Shown here: in pieces, positions 52,542 to 62,251 of the stretch
How positions within the stretch are numbered: the stretch's first letter is position 1
Layout of the letters: each line of letters begins with the position of its first letter
From: an uncultured Erysipelotrichaceae bacterium
Lineage (GTDB): Bacteria > Bacillota_I > Bacilli_A > RFN20 > CAG-826
Direction of reading: 5' to 3'
Assembly (NCBI GenBank): GCA_900314865.1
Contig: OMWW01000007.1
Coordinates: forward strand, 9,917 to 73,916
DNA: 64,000 bases
Notes under the pieces: model-generated
The model's input: only the letters and a program-made list of their open reading frames with translations
What the model was told of the DNA's origin: nothing
Databases searched by the model: none
Translations under genes and position numbers: made by a program

Positions 52542-55500
52542 ATGAAAAAAGCTCGCTTATTGGCATTGTTAGCGATTATGGCTCTTCCTCTCACGAGCTG
52601 TGGAGGAGGAAATAACTCCGGTAATAATGAACCACAAAATCCACCAGTTGATCCAGGTGATGATCCTGTAGATCCAGGTGATGACCCAACTAAAAAAACT
52701 CTTAGTAGTATTGAAATCACAACTGATCCTGCTAAGAAAGAGTACTCTGTTGGTGAAGAACTTGACTTAACTGGCATGGTTGTCACTGCCCACTATTCTG
52801 ATGGAAGTAGTGAAGTTGTCACTGGTTACACTCATAGTAATCCAGATATGTCAACCGCAGGACAAAAAGAAGTTACCATCTCTTTTGAAGGTAAATCTGT
52901 CACCCTTAACATCGTTGTTAGTGATGGACCAGTTGATCCAGGTGATCCAGATTGGTCTAACGAAATGAAGGCTGCTATGGCCCAAACATGGCCAGGTCTC
53001 GAACTTCCTTACTTCTTGAATGAAAATTTAGGAAATGTCGATATCGTCGCAACCATTGATAATCCAGATTATAGAGACCACTTCGAATTCTTTGGTGACA
53101 AAGAAATTACTTCTGATGATTTAGCGAATGTTGCTGCTAATTTAGCTAAATTTGGCTTTGAAGATGAATACGCTAAGTACAGAACACCAGAAGAACAAGC
53201 AAAATTGAGTGAGGAAGAGATCGCATTCTTAGAATGGTATTATCCAATGGAATTAAAGTACACAAACGATTTAGATGAAGCTCGTTACTTTAAGGTCGTT
53301 CTTTCTTCTGATAAGGCCGCTGCCGAAGATGAAGAAGAATCATCTGCTGAAGGCTTAGTCAAGCGTGAATTATCCTCCGATGACGAAGAAGATCCAGTTG
53401 ATCCAGTCGACCCAGTTGATCCTGTTGATCCAGTCGACCCAGTCGATCCAGCCGAAGAAGAAGGTCCAAAATTCTACGCGTTTGCGTTAGATCCTTATGA
53501 TTATACTTGGGAAGACGCATATGCCGGATTCATTCTTGCCTACGCATTTGACCCAAGCGTGGATATGGAAGGTTTATTCAAAGAAGTTTATATGTCCATC
53601 GTTCCATTCCCAGGTAGCGCAACTTATAAGAGTTACATCGACTTGGATGATTATCCATCATATGTTGAAAATTCTGGATACGCTCCATATTATCTCGATG
53701 ACGTTTCAGAAAAAGATGTTGATTTATATGCTGCTACATTAGAAAACTTAGATTGGAATTTATTTGAATACAAAGTAGAACCATCCGAAGATGAAGAAAC
53801 ATTAGATCATTACTATCGTGCTGTAAGTCCAGATGAATTCTTAATGGTTGAAATGTATTATGGTGCCAAAGCAGGACAACTCTGCTTATCGTTCTCACTC
53901 GTTCCAGAATACACTGATTTCCAAAAATCTGTTGGTAACGCATTTGCTGCCGCTGGCATAAATGTTTACGATTTCAAACTCAGTGGTGAAGCTGCTTATA
54001 CTTACGATATCGTTGCTAAACTTGATTATTATACAGCTGAAGATGAAGATTTTGATTTAGCGCTCGCTGCTGCTGATGCACGTGCTGAAGAATTATTTGA
54101 TTCTTTAAAAGAAGCCAATCTTGCTGGTGTTTCCGTTTTAGACGAATTCGCTGATGGATATGGTAGATTCTTAGCAGTAGATGAAGATGGTAAAGAATTC
54201 TTTGTTTCTATCTTCTCTGACAATGATTATGACATTGATTTTGAAACCTATAGTGTCACTTTCTACTACTATGCTGAAATTGATATCGCACCAGTTCCAG
54301 AATATTCCGAAGCAGTCTTAGCTACTGCTGACGCTCTTAATGCTTCTAAGTATGACTTTAGCGAAGCCAGTGATGGAAGCTTTAGATTCTTCTATGACTA
54401 TACTGATTCATTTGAAACTTCTTCTGCTTTAGTTGAAGGATTATGCACATTATTGAGTGCCGATGATGATTTCGAAGAAATCAATGCTTATGATGCAGAA
54501 GCAGGTGCTGGTAGATTCTTATTTGTCGACAGCGAAGGTATAGAATTCTTGATTGACGTTTACTGTGAAGAATACAGCGAAGAAGCATACCCAATCTACG
54601 TTGATATTAGTGAAGCTCCAGTATATCCAGATTTCATTGCTGAAAATTTTGCTGCTCTTGGTGCTGGCTCCAAATTTGACTTTGAATATAACTCTGAATA
54701 CAACTACTATTCATTCTCCAAAGAAGTCACAGTAGATGAAGTTCTCAGTGGTGCAGCTAGTATTGCTGGTACACTTGTTAACGAACTTGGTGCTGAAATA
54801 GTTGACTCCGAAGTCAAGGTTCCAACTGAATACGAAATCCTTGAAGGTGACGATCAATGGTCTGAAGAAATTCAATTAGAGATGTATGGCTTATTTGGTG
54901 AATTATTACCATATGTTGCCTTAAACGAAGAAACACTCTACTATGATCTTGATGATAGATATGCTGATTATGGTGAATATTCTTGGTTTATCGGTGATGA
55001 TAATGAAACCAATCTCTTAGAAGACTATGGTGACAAATTAATCGCTGCTGGTTATACATATGATGAAGAGAAAAAAGCTTATACCAAGACTGTTGCGTCA
55101 GGTTTGAATATTGAATTATCATTTGCTTATTTCGAAGCAACTGAAGAGTATGATGCTGGTAATGAAATAGACATTTCATTCGTAACCGAAGAATTGCCAA
55201 ACAACGAACCATATGCATACTATGAATTAATTGCTGGTGATTTCAAAGTTTATATCCAATCTGGATATGACTACTCTACTGATAGCTACTACTTCGTTGT
55301 TGAAATGCAACAATTTGCAGCTGAACCAGAAGAACATCCATACACTGCAACCATTTCTACTTTCTTAGGATCTGAAGAAGATTTATTCAAGTGGGTTTCC
55401 TCAAAAGGTTACTTCTCAACATATCACGAAGACTTTGAAACTGATACAAGCAAAAATCCTGCAGATGTCTGTAATGAAGTCGCTACTGCTGTTGCTGCTT

Positions 55501-55706
55501 TATTCCCAGATGTTGAATTTGATGTCAGCGAAATTGAAGTTGATGTTATGTCTTGGATCAGTACAGATGATGTTCCAACTTACACAATTACATTAACTTG
55601 TGAAGACTTTGTTATCACAATTCAAATTCAAGACTATTCTTATAGTTATAGTAGCTATGGATTTGGATATGACTTATTAATTACTGTTACTCCATTAGGA
55701 GAATAA
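52542..55706 (+). CDS. Large acidic modular lipoprotein (1054 aa) with Ig-like domain
   Basis: Lipobox LTSCGG, PVDPGDD linker repeats, an Ig-like segment (IEITTDPAKKEYSVGEELDLTGMVVTAHYSDGS...) and repeated acidic modules. Confidence 0.8.
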   Translation: MKKARLLALLAIMALPLTSCGGGNNSGNNEPQNPPVDPGDDPVDPGDDPTKKTLSSIEITTDPAKKEYSVGEELDLTGMVVTAHYSDGSSEVVTGYTHSNPDMSTAGQKEVTISFEGKSVTLNIVVSDGPVDPGDPDWSNEMKAAMAQTWPGLELPYFLNENLGNVDIVATIDNPDYRDHFEFFGDKEITSDDLANVAANLAKFGFEDEYAKYRTPEEQAKLSEEEIAFLEWYYPMELKYTNDLDEARYFKVVLSSDKAAAEDEEESSAEGLVKRELSSDDEEDPVDPVDPVDPVDPVDPVDPAEEEGPKFYAFALDPYDYTWEDAYAGFILAYAFDPSVDMEGLFKEVYMSIVPFPGSATYKSYIDLDDYPSYVENSGYAPYYLDDVSEKDVDLYAATLENLDWNLFEYKVEPSEDEETLDHYYRAVSPDEFLMVEMYYGAKAGQLCLSFSLVPEYTDFQKSVGNAFAAAGINVYDFKLSGEAAYTYDIVAKLDYYTAEDEDFDLALAAADARAEELFDSLKEANLAGVSVLDEFADGYGRFLAVDEDGKEFFVSIFSDNDYDIDFETYSVTFYYYAEIDIAPVPEYSEAVLATADALNASKYDFSEASDGSFRFFYDYTDSFETSSALVEGLCTLLSADDDFEEINAYDAEAGAGRFLFVDSEGIEFLIDVYCEEYSEEAYPIYVDISEAPVYPDFIAENFAALGAGSKFDFEYNSEYNYYSFSKEVTVDEVLSGAASIAGTLVNELGAEIVDSEVKVPTEYEILEGDDQWSEEIQLEMYGLFGELLPYVALNEETLYYDLDDRYADYGEYSWFIGDDNETNLLEDYGDKLIAAGYTYDEEKKAYTKTVASGLNIELSFAYFEATEEYDAGNEIDISFVTEELPNNEPYAYYELIAGDFKVYIQSGYDYSTDSYYFVVEMQQFAAEPEEHPYTATISTFLGSEEDLFKWVSSKGYFSTYHEDFETDTSKNPADVCNEVATAVAALFPDVEFDVSEIEVDVMSWISTDDVPTYTITLTCEDFVITIQIQDYSYSYSSYGFGYDLLITVTPLGE
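52644..52685 (+). repeat. 2 x 21-nt in-frame tandem repeat (PVDPGDD)
   Basis: CCAGTTGATCCAGGTGATGAT / CCTGTAGATCCAGGTGATGAC. Confidence 0.85.
53391..53450 (+). repeat. ~6.7 x 9-nt in-frame tandem repeat (DPV)n
   Basis: GATCCAGTT-type units with synonymous variation encode DPVDPVDPVDPVDPVDPVDP. Confidence 0.9.
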
Positions 55707-55733
55707 TTAAGTAAGTACAATCTAAACAATTTA

Positions 55734-55760
55734 GGGCCGAATTCTGTTCGGTCCTTTATT
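55734..55760 (+). terminator. Terminator after the large lipoprotein
   Basis: GGGCCGAA/TTCGGTCC stem (G-U pair on the + strand) followed by a T-rich tract. Confidence 0.7.
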
Positions 55761-55812
55761 ATTGGAGAAAAAATATGTATAATATGCTCCTATAGTAAAG
55801 GGGGTCTTTAAA

Positions 55813-57249
55813 ATGAAAAAGACACGCTTATTAGCTCTTTTAGCTATTATGGCTTTACCACTTGTCAGTTGTGGTGGTAATGATGCCTCAAATAACAATA
55901 ATGGCAACAATAATAACCCAAGCGAGCCAGGCGAACCATCAAATCCAGGTGATGATCCGGTTGATCCAGGTGTTGATCCGGTTGATCCAGGTGATGATCC
56001 TGCAAATCCAGGCGATGATCCAGCTGATCCAGGTGACGACCCTGTAGATCCAGGTGATGATCCTGTTGAAGGTGAATGGTCAAAAGAAGTACAAGAATTC
56101 ATGATGACTGCGTTTGGTGAACTTTTACCTTATGCAGCGCTCAATCAAGATACTATGTATTACTATTTAGACGATACATATGCCGAATATGGCATCTACG
56201 ATGTAATTATCGGTGACGATAATGAGACTAATGTTTTAACTGACTACGATCAAAAATTAATTGATGCTGGCTATACTCCTACAGAATATGGCACATCTGG
56301 AATCTTCTATGATAAAACCACCGCGAACGGATTAGAAGTTAGCCTTTCTTACGGTTATTATGACGCCAATGGTGAAACTCCAGCTGGTAATGAAATTGAT
56401 GTTCAATTCATCTATACAGAACCAGAGGAAGAGGATCCTATCAATATTGATGAATTAGAAGAAAAAGGCTACACCAAAGTTACTGGATGGCCAAGCGATC
56501 AAATTGATTTCGTTTTAGCTGATTCTGGACACGTCATTAATGGTGTTAATCTTGAAGGAGTTTGGTATTACTATAGCGGTACTGAAACAAATAGTGCTGG
56601 TACTTACCAATATACTCACTTAGTGTGTGAAGGTGATTTCACACAAGATTTTGTTGCTTCTATTGAAAATACAGGATTTTCTTACGATGAGAGTACAGAA
56701 TCTTATTTCTCTAGCGATGACGCTATTCAAATCGAGGTTGAATTAAATAATGGTAATACATCGATTTATGTCTTTGGTGATTACATAAAAGAAGATATCG
56801 TTTCTGAAGACATTGATGATGATGGCAATTTAGTGGTTACTTTGCAATTTGCTGATGCATTACAAGATGGAACTATCTTTGAAGGTGATGAGGCTATTGG
56901 AAACGACGCTATTCAATTTGTTCCAGCTTATGGCAGCAACAAAAACAACGCTCCTAAGTATTATGATAACGGAAGCACATTAAGATTCTATTATGGTAAC
57001 ACAATGACATTTACTGCTACTGAAGGATATGAAATTCTTAAGGTTGAATTAAATGTAGGCTCTAAGAAAGATTTGACCCCAGCAAGCGATATTTCTGCCA
57101 ATAAAGGCACATTTAGTTTTGCTGATGATGTCGCTACCATTAGTGATGTTAATTCTGATGAATTAGTAGTTACCATTGGTGCAGGAAAAACAAAAGGCAA
57201 TATCGGCTTCTCTTCTGTAGTTATTACCTTAGCAGAAGTAGAAATCTAA
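55813..57249 (+). CDS. Acidic lipoprotein, paralog family member 3
   Basis: Signal peptide MKKTRLLALLAIMALPLVSCGG is nearly identical to that of 52542. Its N-module is homologous to residues ~745-870 of 52542. Confidence 0.8.
   Translation: MKKTRLLALLAIMALPLVSCGGNDASNNNNGNNNNPSEPGEPSNPGDDPVDPGVDPVDPGDDPANPGDDPADPGDDPVDPGDDPVEGEWSKEVQEFMMTAFGELLPYAALNQDTMYYYLDDTYAEYGIYDVIIGDDNETNVLTDYDQKLIDAGYTPTEYGTSGIFYDKTTANGLEVSLSYGYYDANGETPAGNEIDVQFIYTEPEEEDPINIDELEEKGYTKVTGWPSDQIDFVLADSGHVINGVNLEGVWYYYSGTETNSAGTYQYTHLVCEGDFTQDFVASIENTGFSYDESTESYFSSDDAIQIEVELNNGNTSIYVFGDYIKEDIVSEDIDDDGNLVVTLQFADALQDGTIFEGDEAIGNDAIQFVPAYGSNKNNAPKYYDNGSTLRFYYGNTMTFTATEGYEILKVELNVGSKKDLTPASDISANKGTFSFADDVATISDVNSDELVVTIGAGKTKGNIGFSSVVITLAEVEI
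55942..56066 (+). repeat. ~6 x 21-nt in-frame degenerate tandem repeat (P-x-D/N-P-G-D/V-D)
   Basis: Encodes NPGDDPVDPGVDPVDPGDDPANPGDDPADPGDDPVDPGDDPV. Confidence 0.85.
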
Positions 57250-57265
57250 TTATCTATAAAGCGAA

Positions 57266-57295
57266 AGAAGAAGCTTATTAAGCTTCTTCTTTTTC
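57266..57295 (+). terminator. Terminator of lipoprotein 3, overlapping the 3' end of the convergent GtrA gene
   Basis: 11-bp stem AGAAGAAGCTT/AAGCTTCTTCT followed by T5. Confidence 0.7.
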
Positions 57296-57778
57296 TTTTG
57301 CTTTCTTCTTTTGTGCAATATTATTAGTGTCTATTGTTTTACCAAAGACTATGTATCTTTGGAATAGGAACTCTGTCACAAAGTTTACAAACATCACAAT
57401 TGCTTTAACTCCTAGCTCATGCCAGTGAAGTTGATCAATAAGATATATTTGTGCTAGCCAGATTGATAGTGGTCCAAATACTGCGTAATATCCAAGTGTT
57501 TTTAACATTGCAAGAGGAACATTATTTGCACTCATGAATGTGAATTTACGATTGAGTGTAAAATTCCAAATAACAGATAAGGCTAAGGAGATTGTTAGAG
57601 GTACCCACTTATAAGATTCATAAGTGAACACCGGGTTATCTATACCGTTAGTCATTATAATATATGAAACCGCTTCAATTAAACCAGCACTGATGGAGAA
57701 CAAGATGAATTTAATTGAACGGATTAATTCCTTTTGCTTCTCCTCTTTTGTTAGAGGAATTTTGTTTTCTTTTTTCAT
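57278..57778 (-). CDS. GtrA-family membrane protein
   Basis: 4 TM helices and a WNFTLNRKFTF motif. Confidence 0.75.
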   Translation of the reverse strand: MKKENKIPLTKEEKQKELIRSIKFILFSISAGLIEAVSYIIMTNGIDNPVFTYESYKWVPLTISLALSVIWNFTLNRKFTFMSANNVPLAMLKTLGYYAVFGPLSIWLAQIYLIDQLHWHELGVKAIVMFVNFVTEFLFQRYIVFGKTIDTNNIAQKKKAKEKEEA

Positions 57779-57874
57779 ATCTTGAATAGTGTATTCTTCT
57801 TTGTTTTATATAGCAAACAAATTAAAAAGTTGAGGATGTTACTCACTCAACTTTATAGTAATTATGTAGGTTAT

Positions 57875-58777
57875 CTATTTATTAAAGAATTTTAGTATAT
57901 CTTCATATACTTTTTGTTTATCGGTTTCATTTAAGATTTCGTGTCTCATATGTTTCAATGTATTGACTTCAATCTTAGTAAATCCTGCTTTAATTAAATT
58001 GTTATAGGAGGCTTTTCTTCCTTTTTCATATCCTGTACATGGATCCTCTTCTCCACCGATAAGAAGGAATGGTAATTCTTTATTTATATTATGATATCTA
58101 TTTGGTTTACCCATCTTCTTCATCAAGGAGAATAATGTGACATAACTTCCTAGTGTAAACTCCACTCCTGAAAGTGGGTCAGCAATATAGTTTTGCACGT
58201 TTTTTTCATCAAAAGACAACCAATCTAACGGTGTTTTTCTGTTTTTTATCTTTTTTGAGAACTGTCCAACAGCGAGATTAGTAATGAGTTTAGAGTGGCC
58301 TTTTGGACCTTTGAAGAGTTTGATGAATTTGGTGAGGAATAAACCCACTCCAGAAGCTGGGTTAGGATTAACATATCCGCTTAAAGCAACTTTGGCGTAT
58401 TCCTTACTATCTTCTTGAAGTAACACTCTAGAAATAATGGTGCCCATTGAGTGAGCAAATAAGTAGATTGGTAAATCAGGAAATTCTCTTTTTACATATT
58501 CACGTATGATACGTTCATCTTCGATTAAAAGCTCATCACCATACTTATCGGAAATGTGGGATAAAAGAGGAGCGTTACTTCCATGTCCTCTTAAATCAGA
58601 AACAATAACGTTATAGTGGTTATTTTGTAGGAAGGTAGCAAAGTCGATATATCTCTCTTTATGCTCCTCCATACCGTGTACCATAATGATATTAGCTTTT
58701 GGTTTTTCAGCGTTAAAAACAAGTAAAGATAGTTTGTAATTATCCTTACTTAAAAGAATGACTTCTTGTTTACTCAT
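57875..58777 (-). CDS. Alpha/beta hydrolase (lysophospholipase/monoacylglycerol lipase-like)
   Basis: HGMEEH oxyanion region, nucleophile elbow AHSMGT and C-terminal His. Confidence 0.75.
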   Translation of the reverse strand: MSKQEVILLSKDNYKLSLLVFNAEKPKANIIMVHGMEEHKERYIDFATFLQNNHYNVIVSDLRGHGSNAPLLSHISDKYGDELLIEDERIIREYVKREFPDLPIYLFAHSMGTIISRVLLQEDSKEYAKVALSGYVNPNPASGVGLFLTKFIKLFKGPKGHSKLITNLAVGQFSKKIKNRKTPLDWLSFDEKNVQNYIADPLSGVEFTLGSYVTLFSLMKKMGKPNRYHNINKELPFLLIGGEEDPCTGYEKGRKASYNNLIKAGFTKIEVNTLKHMRHEILNETDKQKVYEDILKFFNK

Positions 58778-58858
58778 AATATAAGACCTCTATGTTTTAA
58801 TTATATTCTTTTCATCATTTGATTTGCGAAATAAAAATATCTTTTATAACATATATGT

Positions 58859-59617
58859 ATGCGTATGAATAACAACTGCTTTGATACATTTCCAAAAAGA
58901 CAATATGTTTTGGACTTTGTTTTGGAAGTTAGAAAGTATCTTTTCCCTGGTTATTTTGATTCTATGACTTGTTCGAAAGAATCTTATAAAGCGAAAGAAC
59001 TCAAATTAATTGAAAAGAAATATACAAAATATGTTTGTGGTAGTAGTGCTTCTTATTTCGTTAAAGAACTTCCAAATTTAGAAAAACAAATATATGAAGA
59101 TTTAGATTTCTTCTTTGAAAGTGATCCTGCAAGCGAATCAAAAGAAGAGATTGTTATCACTTATCCAGGATTTTACGCGATTCTTTTCTATCGTGTCGCG
59201 CATATTATTTATGGCTTAGGTGTTGCCTATGTTCCACGTTTGATTACTGAAATTGCTCATAGCAGCACTGGTATTGATATTCACCCAGGTTGTAAGATTG
59301 CCTCTCCTTTCTTTATTGACCACGGTACCGGTATTGTTATTGGTGAAACAAGTGAAATAGGAAAATACGTGAAGATGTATCATGGAGTAACTTTGGGCGC
59401 TTTAACTTTAAAGGAAGGCCGTGAATTAGTAGGAAAGAAAAGACATCCTACCATTAAAGATAACGTTACCATCTATTCAGGAGCGTCAATTTTAGGCGGA
59501 GAAACAGTGATTGAAGAAAACTCAGTTATTGGCTCTAACGTCTTTATTGTTAACTCGGTTGTTAAAGATACGAAAGTTATTTATTCACAAGATTTGATTA
59601 ATAAGTTTATTAAATAG
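58859..59617 (+). CDS. cysE: Serine O-acetyltransferase
   Basis: Hexapeptide repeats with DIHPGCKIASPFFIDHGTGIVIGET. Confidence 0.85.
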   Translation: MRMNNNCFDTFPKRQYVLDFVLEVRKYLFPGYFDSMTCSKESYKAKELKLIEKKYTKYVCGSSASYFVKELPNLEKQIYEDLDFFFESDPASESKEEIVITYPGFYAILFYRVAHIIYGLGVAYVPRLITEIAHSSTGIDIHPGCKIASPFFIDHGTGIVIGETSEIGKYVKMYHGVTLGALTLKEGRELVGKKRHPTIKDNVTIYSGASILGGETVIEENSVIGSNVFIVNSVVKDTKVIYSQDLINKFIK

Positions 59618-59642
59618 ATTATCGTCATAGGAGGAGTAAACA

Positions 59643-60851
59643 TTGGGTTTACGTTCGATTAAAGAAATTTTCATTACAGGTCACGGACCAAGTAGTTCTC
59701 ACACGATGGGTCCTCATTTTGCGTGTGACTATATTTTAAAAAAATATCATGACATTCAAAGTATCAAAGTCACTCTTTATGGCTCTTTAGCGTTAACTGG
59801 TAAAGGCCACTTAACTGATTACATTATTGATTTATCTTTAAAAAAATATCCTCATGAAATTATTTTTGATAAAGAAACTGTCACTGATCATCCAAATACG
59901 ATGACTTTTGAAGTGGTGACCTCGAAAGGTACATTCTCTGAAAATGTTGTTTCTATTGGAGGAGGATCAATTGTTACTGTTGATAACTTTTTAGACACTA
60001 AACACAAAGAAATATACCCTCATATGCATATGACAGAGATAGTCAAATACTGCGAGGAACACGACTATTCTTTATATGAATATGTGGAAATGCATGAAGA
60101 CAAAGACTGCTTTAATTATTTTAAAGATGTCCTTAAGACAATGGATGAAGCGGTTAATAGAGGACTAAACGCGACTGGATATTTACCAGGCAAGCTTAAA
60201 GTTAGAAGAAAAGCCAAAGAGATGTTTGAATCAATGAAGACAACTTCTTTGGGTGAAAATGATGTTGCGATGAACGTCGCTACCCATTCTTTTGCAGTTG
60301 CAGAAGAAAATGCGAGTGGTGGTGTTATTGTTACCGCTCCAACATGTGGAAGTGCTGGTGTTATCCCTGGATGTATTCAATATTTGCGTATGAAACATGT
60401 TAGTGATGAAAACATCATTAAAGGTTTAATGGTAGCGGGTTTATTTGGAATTATTTGTAAAATGAACGCCTCTGTTAGTGGGGCGGAATGTGGTTGCCAA
60501 GCTGAAATTGGTGTTGCTTGTTCCATGGGAGCGGCGATGATTGCCCACTGTTTTGGCAAATGCACTGTCGATATTGTTCAAAGTGCCGAGATTGCTTTAG
60601 AGCATTCTTTAGGCCTAACTTGTGACCCAGTTGATGGATATGTACAAATTCCATGTATTGAAAGATGTGCTTTATTTGCAATTAAAGCAATTAATGCTGT
60701 AAAATTAGCAGTCATCATTCCTGATGACGACATTCATGTTAGTTATGATGATTCGGTGAAAACAATGTACCTCACTGGAATCGACATGAATGCCAAATAT
60801 AAAGAAACGTCTTTGGGTGGTTTAGCGGAAATCATTAAAGATGAAGAATAG
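59643..60851 (+). CDS. sdaA: L-serine ammonia-lyase (Fe-S dependent, single-chain beta+alpha)
   Basis: TTG start. GHGPSSSHTMGP, PTCGSAGVIPG and SGAECGCQAEIG motifs. Confidence 0.85.
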   Translation: MGLRSIKEIFITGHGPSSSHTMGPHFACDYILKKYHDIQSIKVTLYGSLALTGKGHLTDYIIDLSLKKYPHEIIFDKETVTDHPNTMTFEVVTSKGTFSENVVSIGGGSIVTVDNFLDTKHKEIYPHMHMTEIVKYCEEHDYSLYEYVEMHEDKDCFNYFKDVLKTMDEAVNRGLNATGYLPGKLKVRRKAKEMFESMKTTSLGENDVAMNVATHSFAVAEENASGGVIVTAPTCGSAGVIPGCIQYLRMKHVSDENIIKGLMVAGLFGIICKMNASVSGAECGCQAEIGVACSMGAAMIAHCFGKCTVDIVQSAEIALEHSLGLTCDPVDGYVQIPCIERCALFAIKAINAVKLAVIIPDDDIHVSYDDSVKTMYLTGIDMNAKYKETSLGGLAEIIKDEE

Positions 60852-60877
60852 TTAATAATATAAAAGGAGATAGATTT

Positions 60878-62248
60878 ATGTATCGTAAAAATGCTTGGAA
60901 GAAATATGATGCTTCTAAAGAAAAAGAAGTCATGAAATTTGCTGAAGGTTATATGTCCTTCTTATCTGAAAGCAAGACTGAACGTTTAGCGGTTAAAGAA
61001 GCTCTTAAACGCTTAGAGGCTGCTGGCTATGTTGACGCTAGTAAAGTGAAGTCTGCTAAAAGTGGAGACAAATTATATTTTGTGAACAAGAACAAAAATA
61101 TTTGTGCTTTCCATCTTGGCAGAAGAAATGTTAGTGATGGTTTAAGAATTTTAGGCGCTCACATTGATTCACCAAGAATGGATTTAAAAGAACATCCACT
61201 TTATGAAAAGAACGAATTTCTTTTAGGCGACACCCACTATTATGGTGGTATTAAGAAGTATCAATGGGTGACAATTCCTCTTGCTCTTCATGGTGTCGTT
61301 TGTAAAAAAGACGGGACTTCTGTTGAGTTTAACGTCGGTGAAGATGAAAAAGATCCAGTCGTTGGCATCTCTGATTTACTCATTCATTTATCTGCAGATC
61401 AATTAACAAAACCTGCTGCCAAAGTGATTGAAGGAGAAAACCTTGATCTCACTTTAGGTAACAAACCACTTAAGGGTGAAGAAAAGAACGCCGTTAAAGA
61501 GAATGTCTTAAAACTTCTTAAAAAGAAATATGGTATTGAAGAAGAAGACTTGGTCAGTGCGGAAATCGAAGTTGTCCCTGCTGGTAAAGCTAGGGATTAT
61601 GGTTTAGATAAATCCATGATTGCTGGCTATGGCCATGACGATAGATGCTGTGCATATACTTCTTTAGTCGCTCTTCTTGATAGTGATGTTGCAGAATATA
61701 CATCTTGCTGCATCTTAGTTGATAAAGAAGAAATCGGTAGTGTTGGCGCAACTGGTGCGCAATCCCGTTTCTTTGAAAACGCAATTGCTAAATTACTTGA
61801 ATTAACTGGTGAGAAAGATCCTTTATGGAAAGCTAGATTAACAATGGAAAACTCCAAGATGCTTTCTAGCGATGTTTCCGCAGCTTTAGATCCACTTTAT
61901 AGTGGCGTCTCTGATCCAAATAACTCTGCCTATTTTGCTTACGGTATTGTATTTAACAAATACACTGGTAGTAGAGGTAAGAGTGGTTCTAATGACGCAA
62001 ACCCAGAATATTATGCTTGGATTAGAAAGGTCATGGATGAAGCAGAAGTTTCTTGGCAAAATGCTGAACTTGGTAAAGTTGACCAAGGTGGTGGAGGTAC
62101 AATCGCCTACATTTTAGGAAACTATAATATGAACGTCATTGACGCGGGTATTCCAGTGCTTAATATGCACGCTCCAATGGAAATCATTTCTAAGGCTGAT
62201 TTATTTGAAGCATATAAAGGATACGTCGCATTCTTAAAGGCGGAATAA
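60878..62248 (+). CDS. M18-family aminopeptidase
   Basis: 456 aa. LGAHIDSPR, GYGHDDR and DKEEIGS metal-site motifs. Confidence 0.8.
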   Translation: MYRKNAWKKYDASKEKEVMKFAEGYMSFLSESKTERLAVKEALKRLEAAGYVDASKVKSAKSGDKLYFVNKNKNICAFHLGRRNVSDGLRILGAHIDSPRMDLKEHPLYEKNEFLLGDTHYYGGIKKYQWVTIPLALHGVVCKKDGTSVEFNVGEDEKDPVVGISDLLIHLSADQLTKPAAKVIEGENLDLTLGNKPLKGEEKNAVKENVLKLLKKKYGIEEEDLVSAEIEVVPAGKARDYGLDKSMIAGYGHDDRCCAYTSLVALLDSDVAEYTSCCILVDKEEIGSVGATGAQSRFFENAIAKLLELTGEKDPLWKARLTMENSKMLSSDVSAALDPLYSGVSDPNNSAYFAYGIVFNKYTGSRGKSGSNDANPEYYAWIRKVMDEAEVSWQNAELGKVDQGGGGTIAYILGNYNMNVIDAGIPVLNMHAPMEIISKADLFEAYKGYVAFLKAE

Positions 62249-62251
62249 TTA

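Noticed and set aside
52644-56066. Checked whether the short direct repeats could be a CRISPR array.
   Set aside because: The units are 9 or 21 nt, contiguous with no spacers, in frame within lipoprotein genes and degenerate at synonymous sites. No cas genes are present.
55731-56102. GSSPGST-rich ORFs at 52535-52786 (-) and 55731-56102 (-), plus the out-of-frame ORFs at 55862-56047 and 55865-56083.
   Set aside because: These are antisense or frame-shifted readings of the PVDPGDD coding repeats and of the lipoprotein signal-peptide region. They are low-complexity artefacts with no independent start signals.
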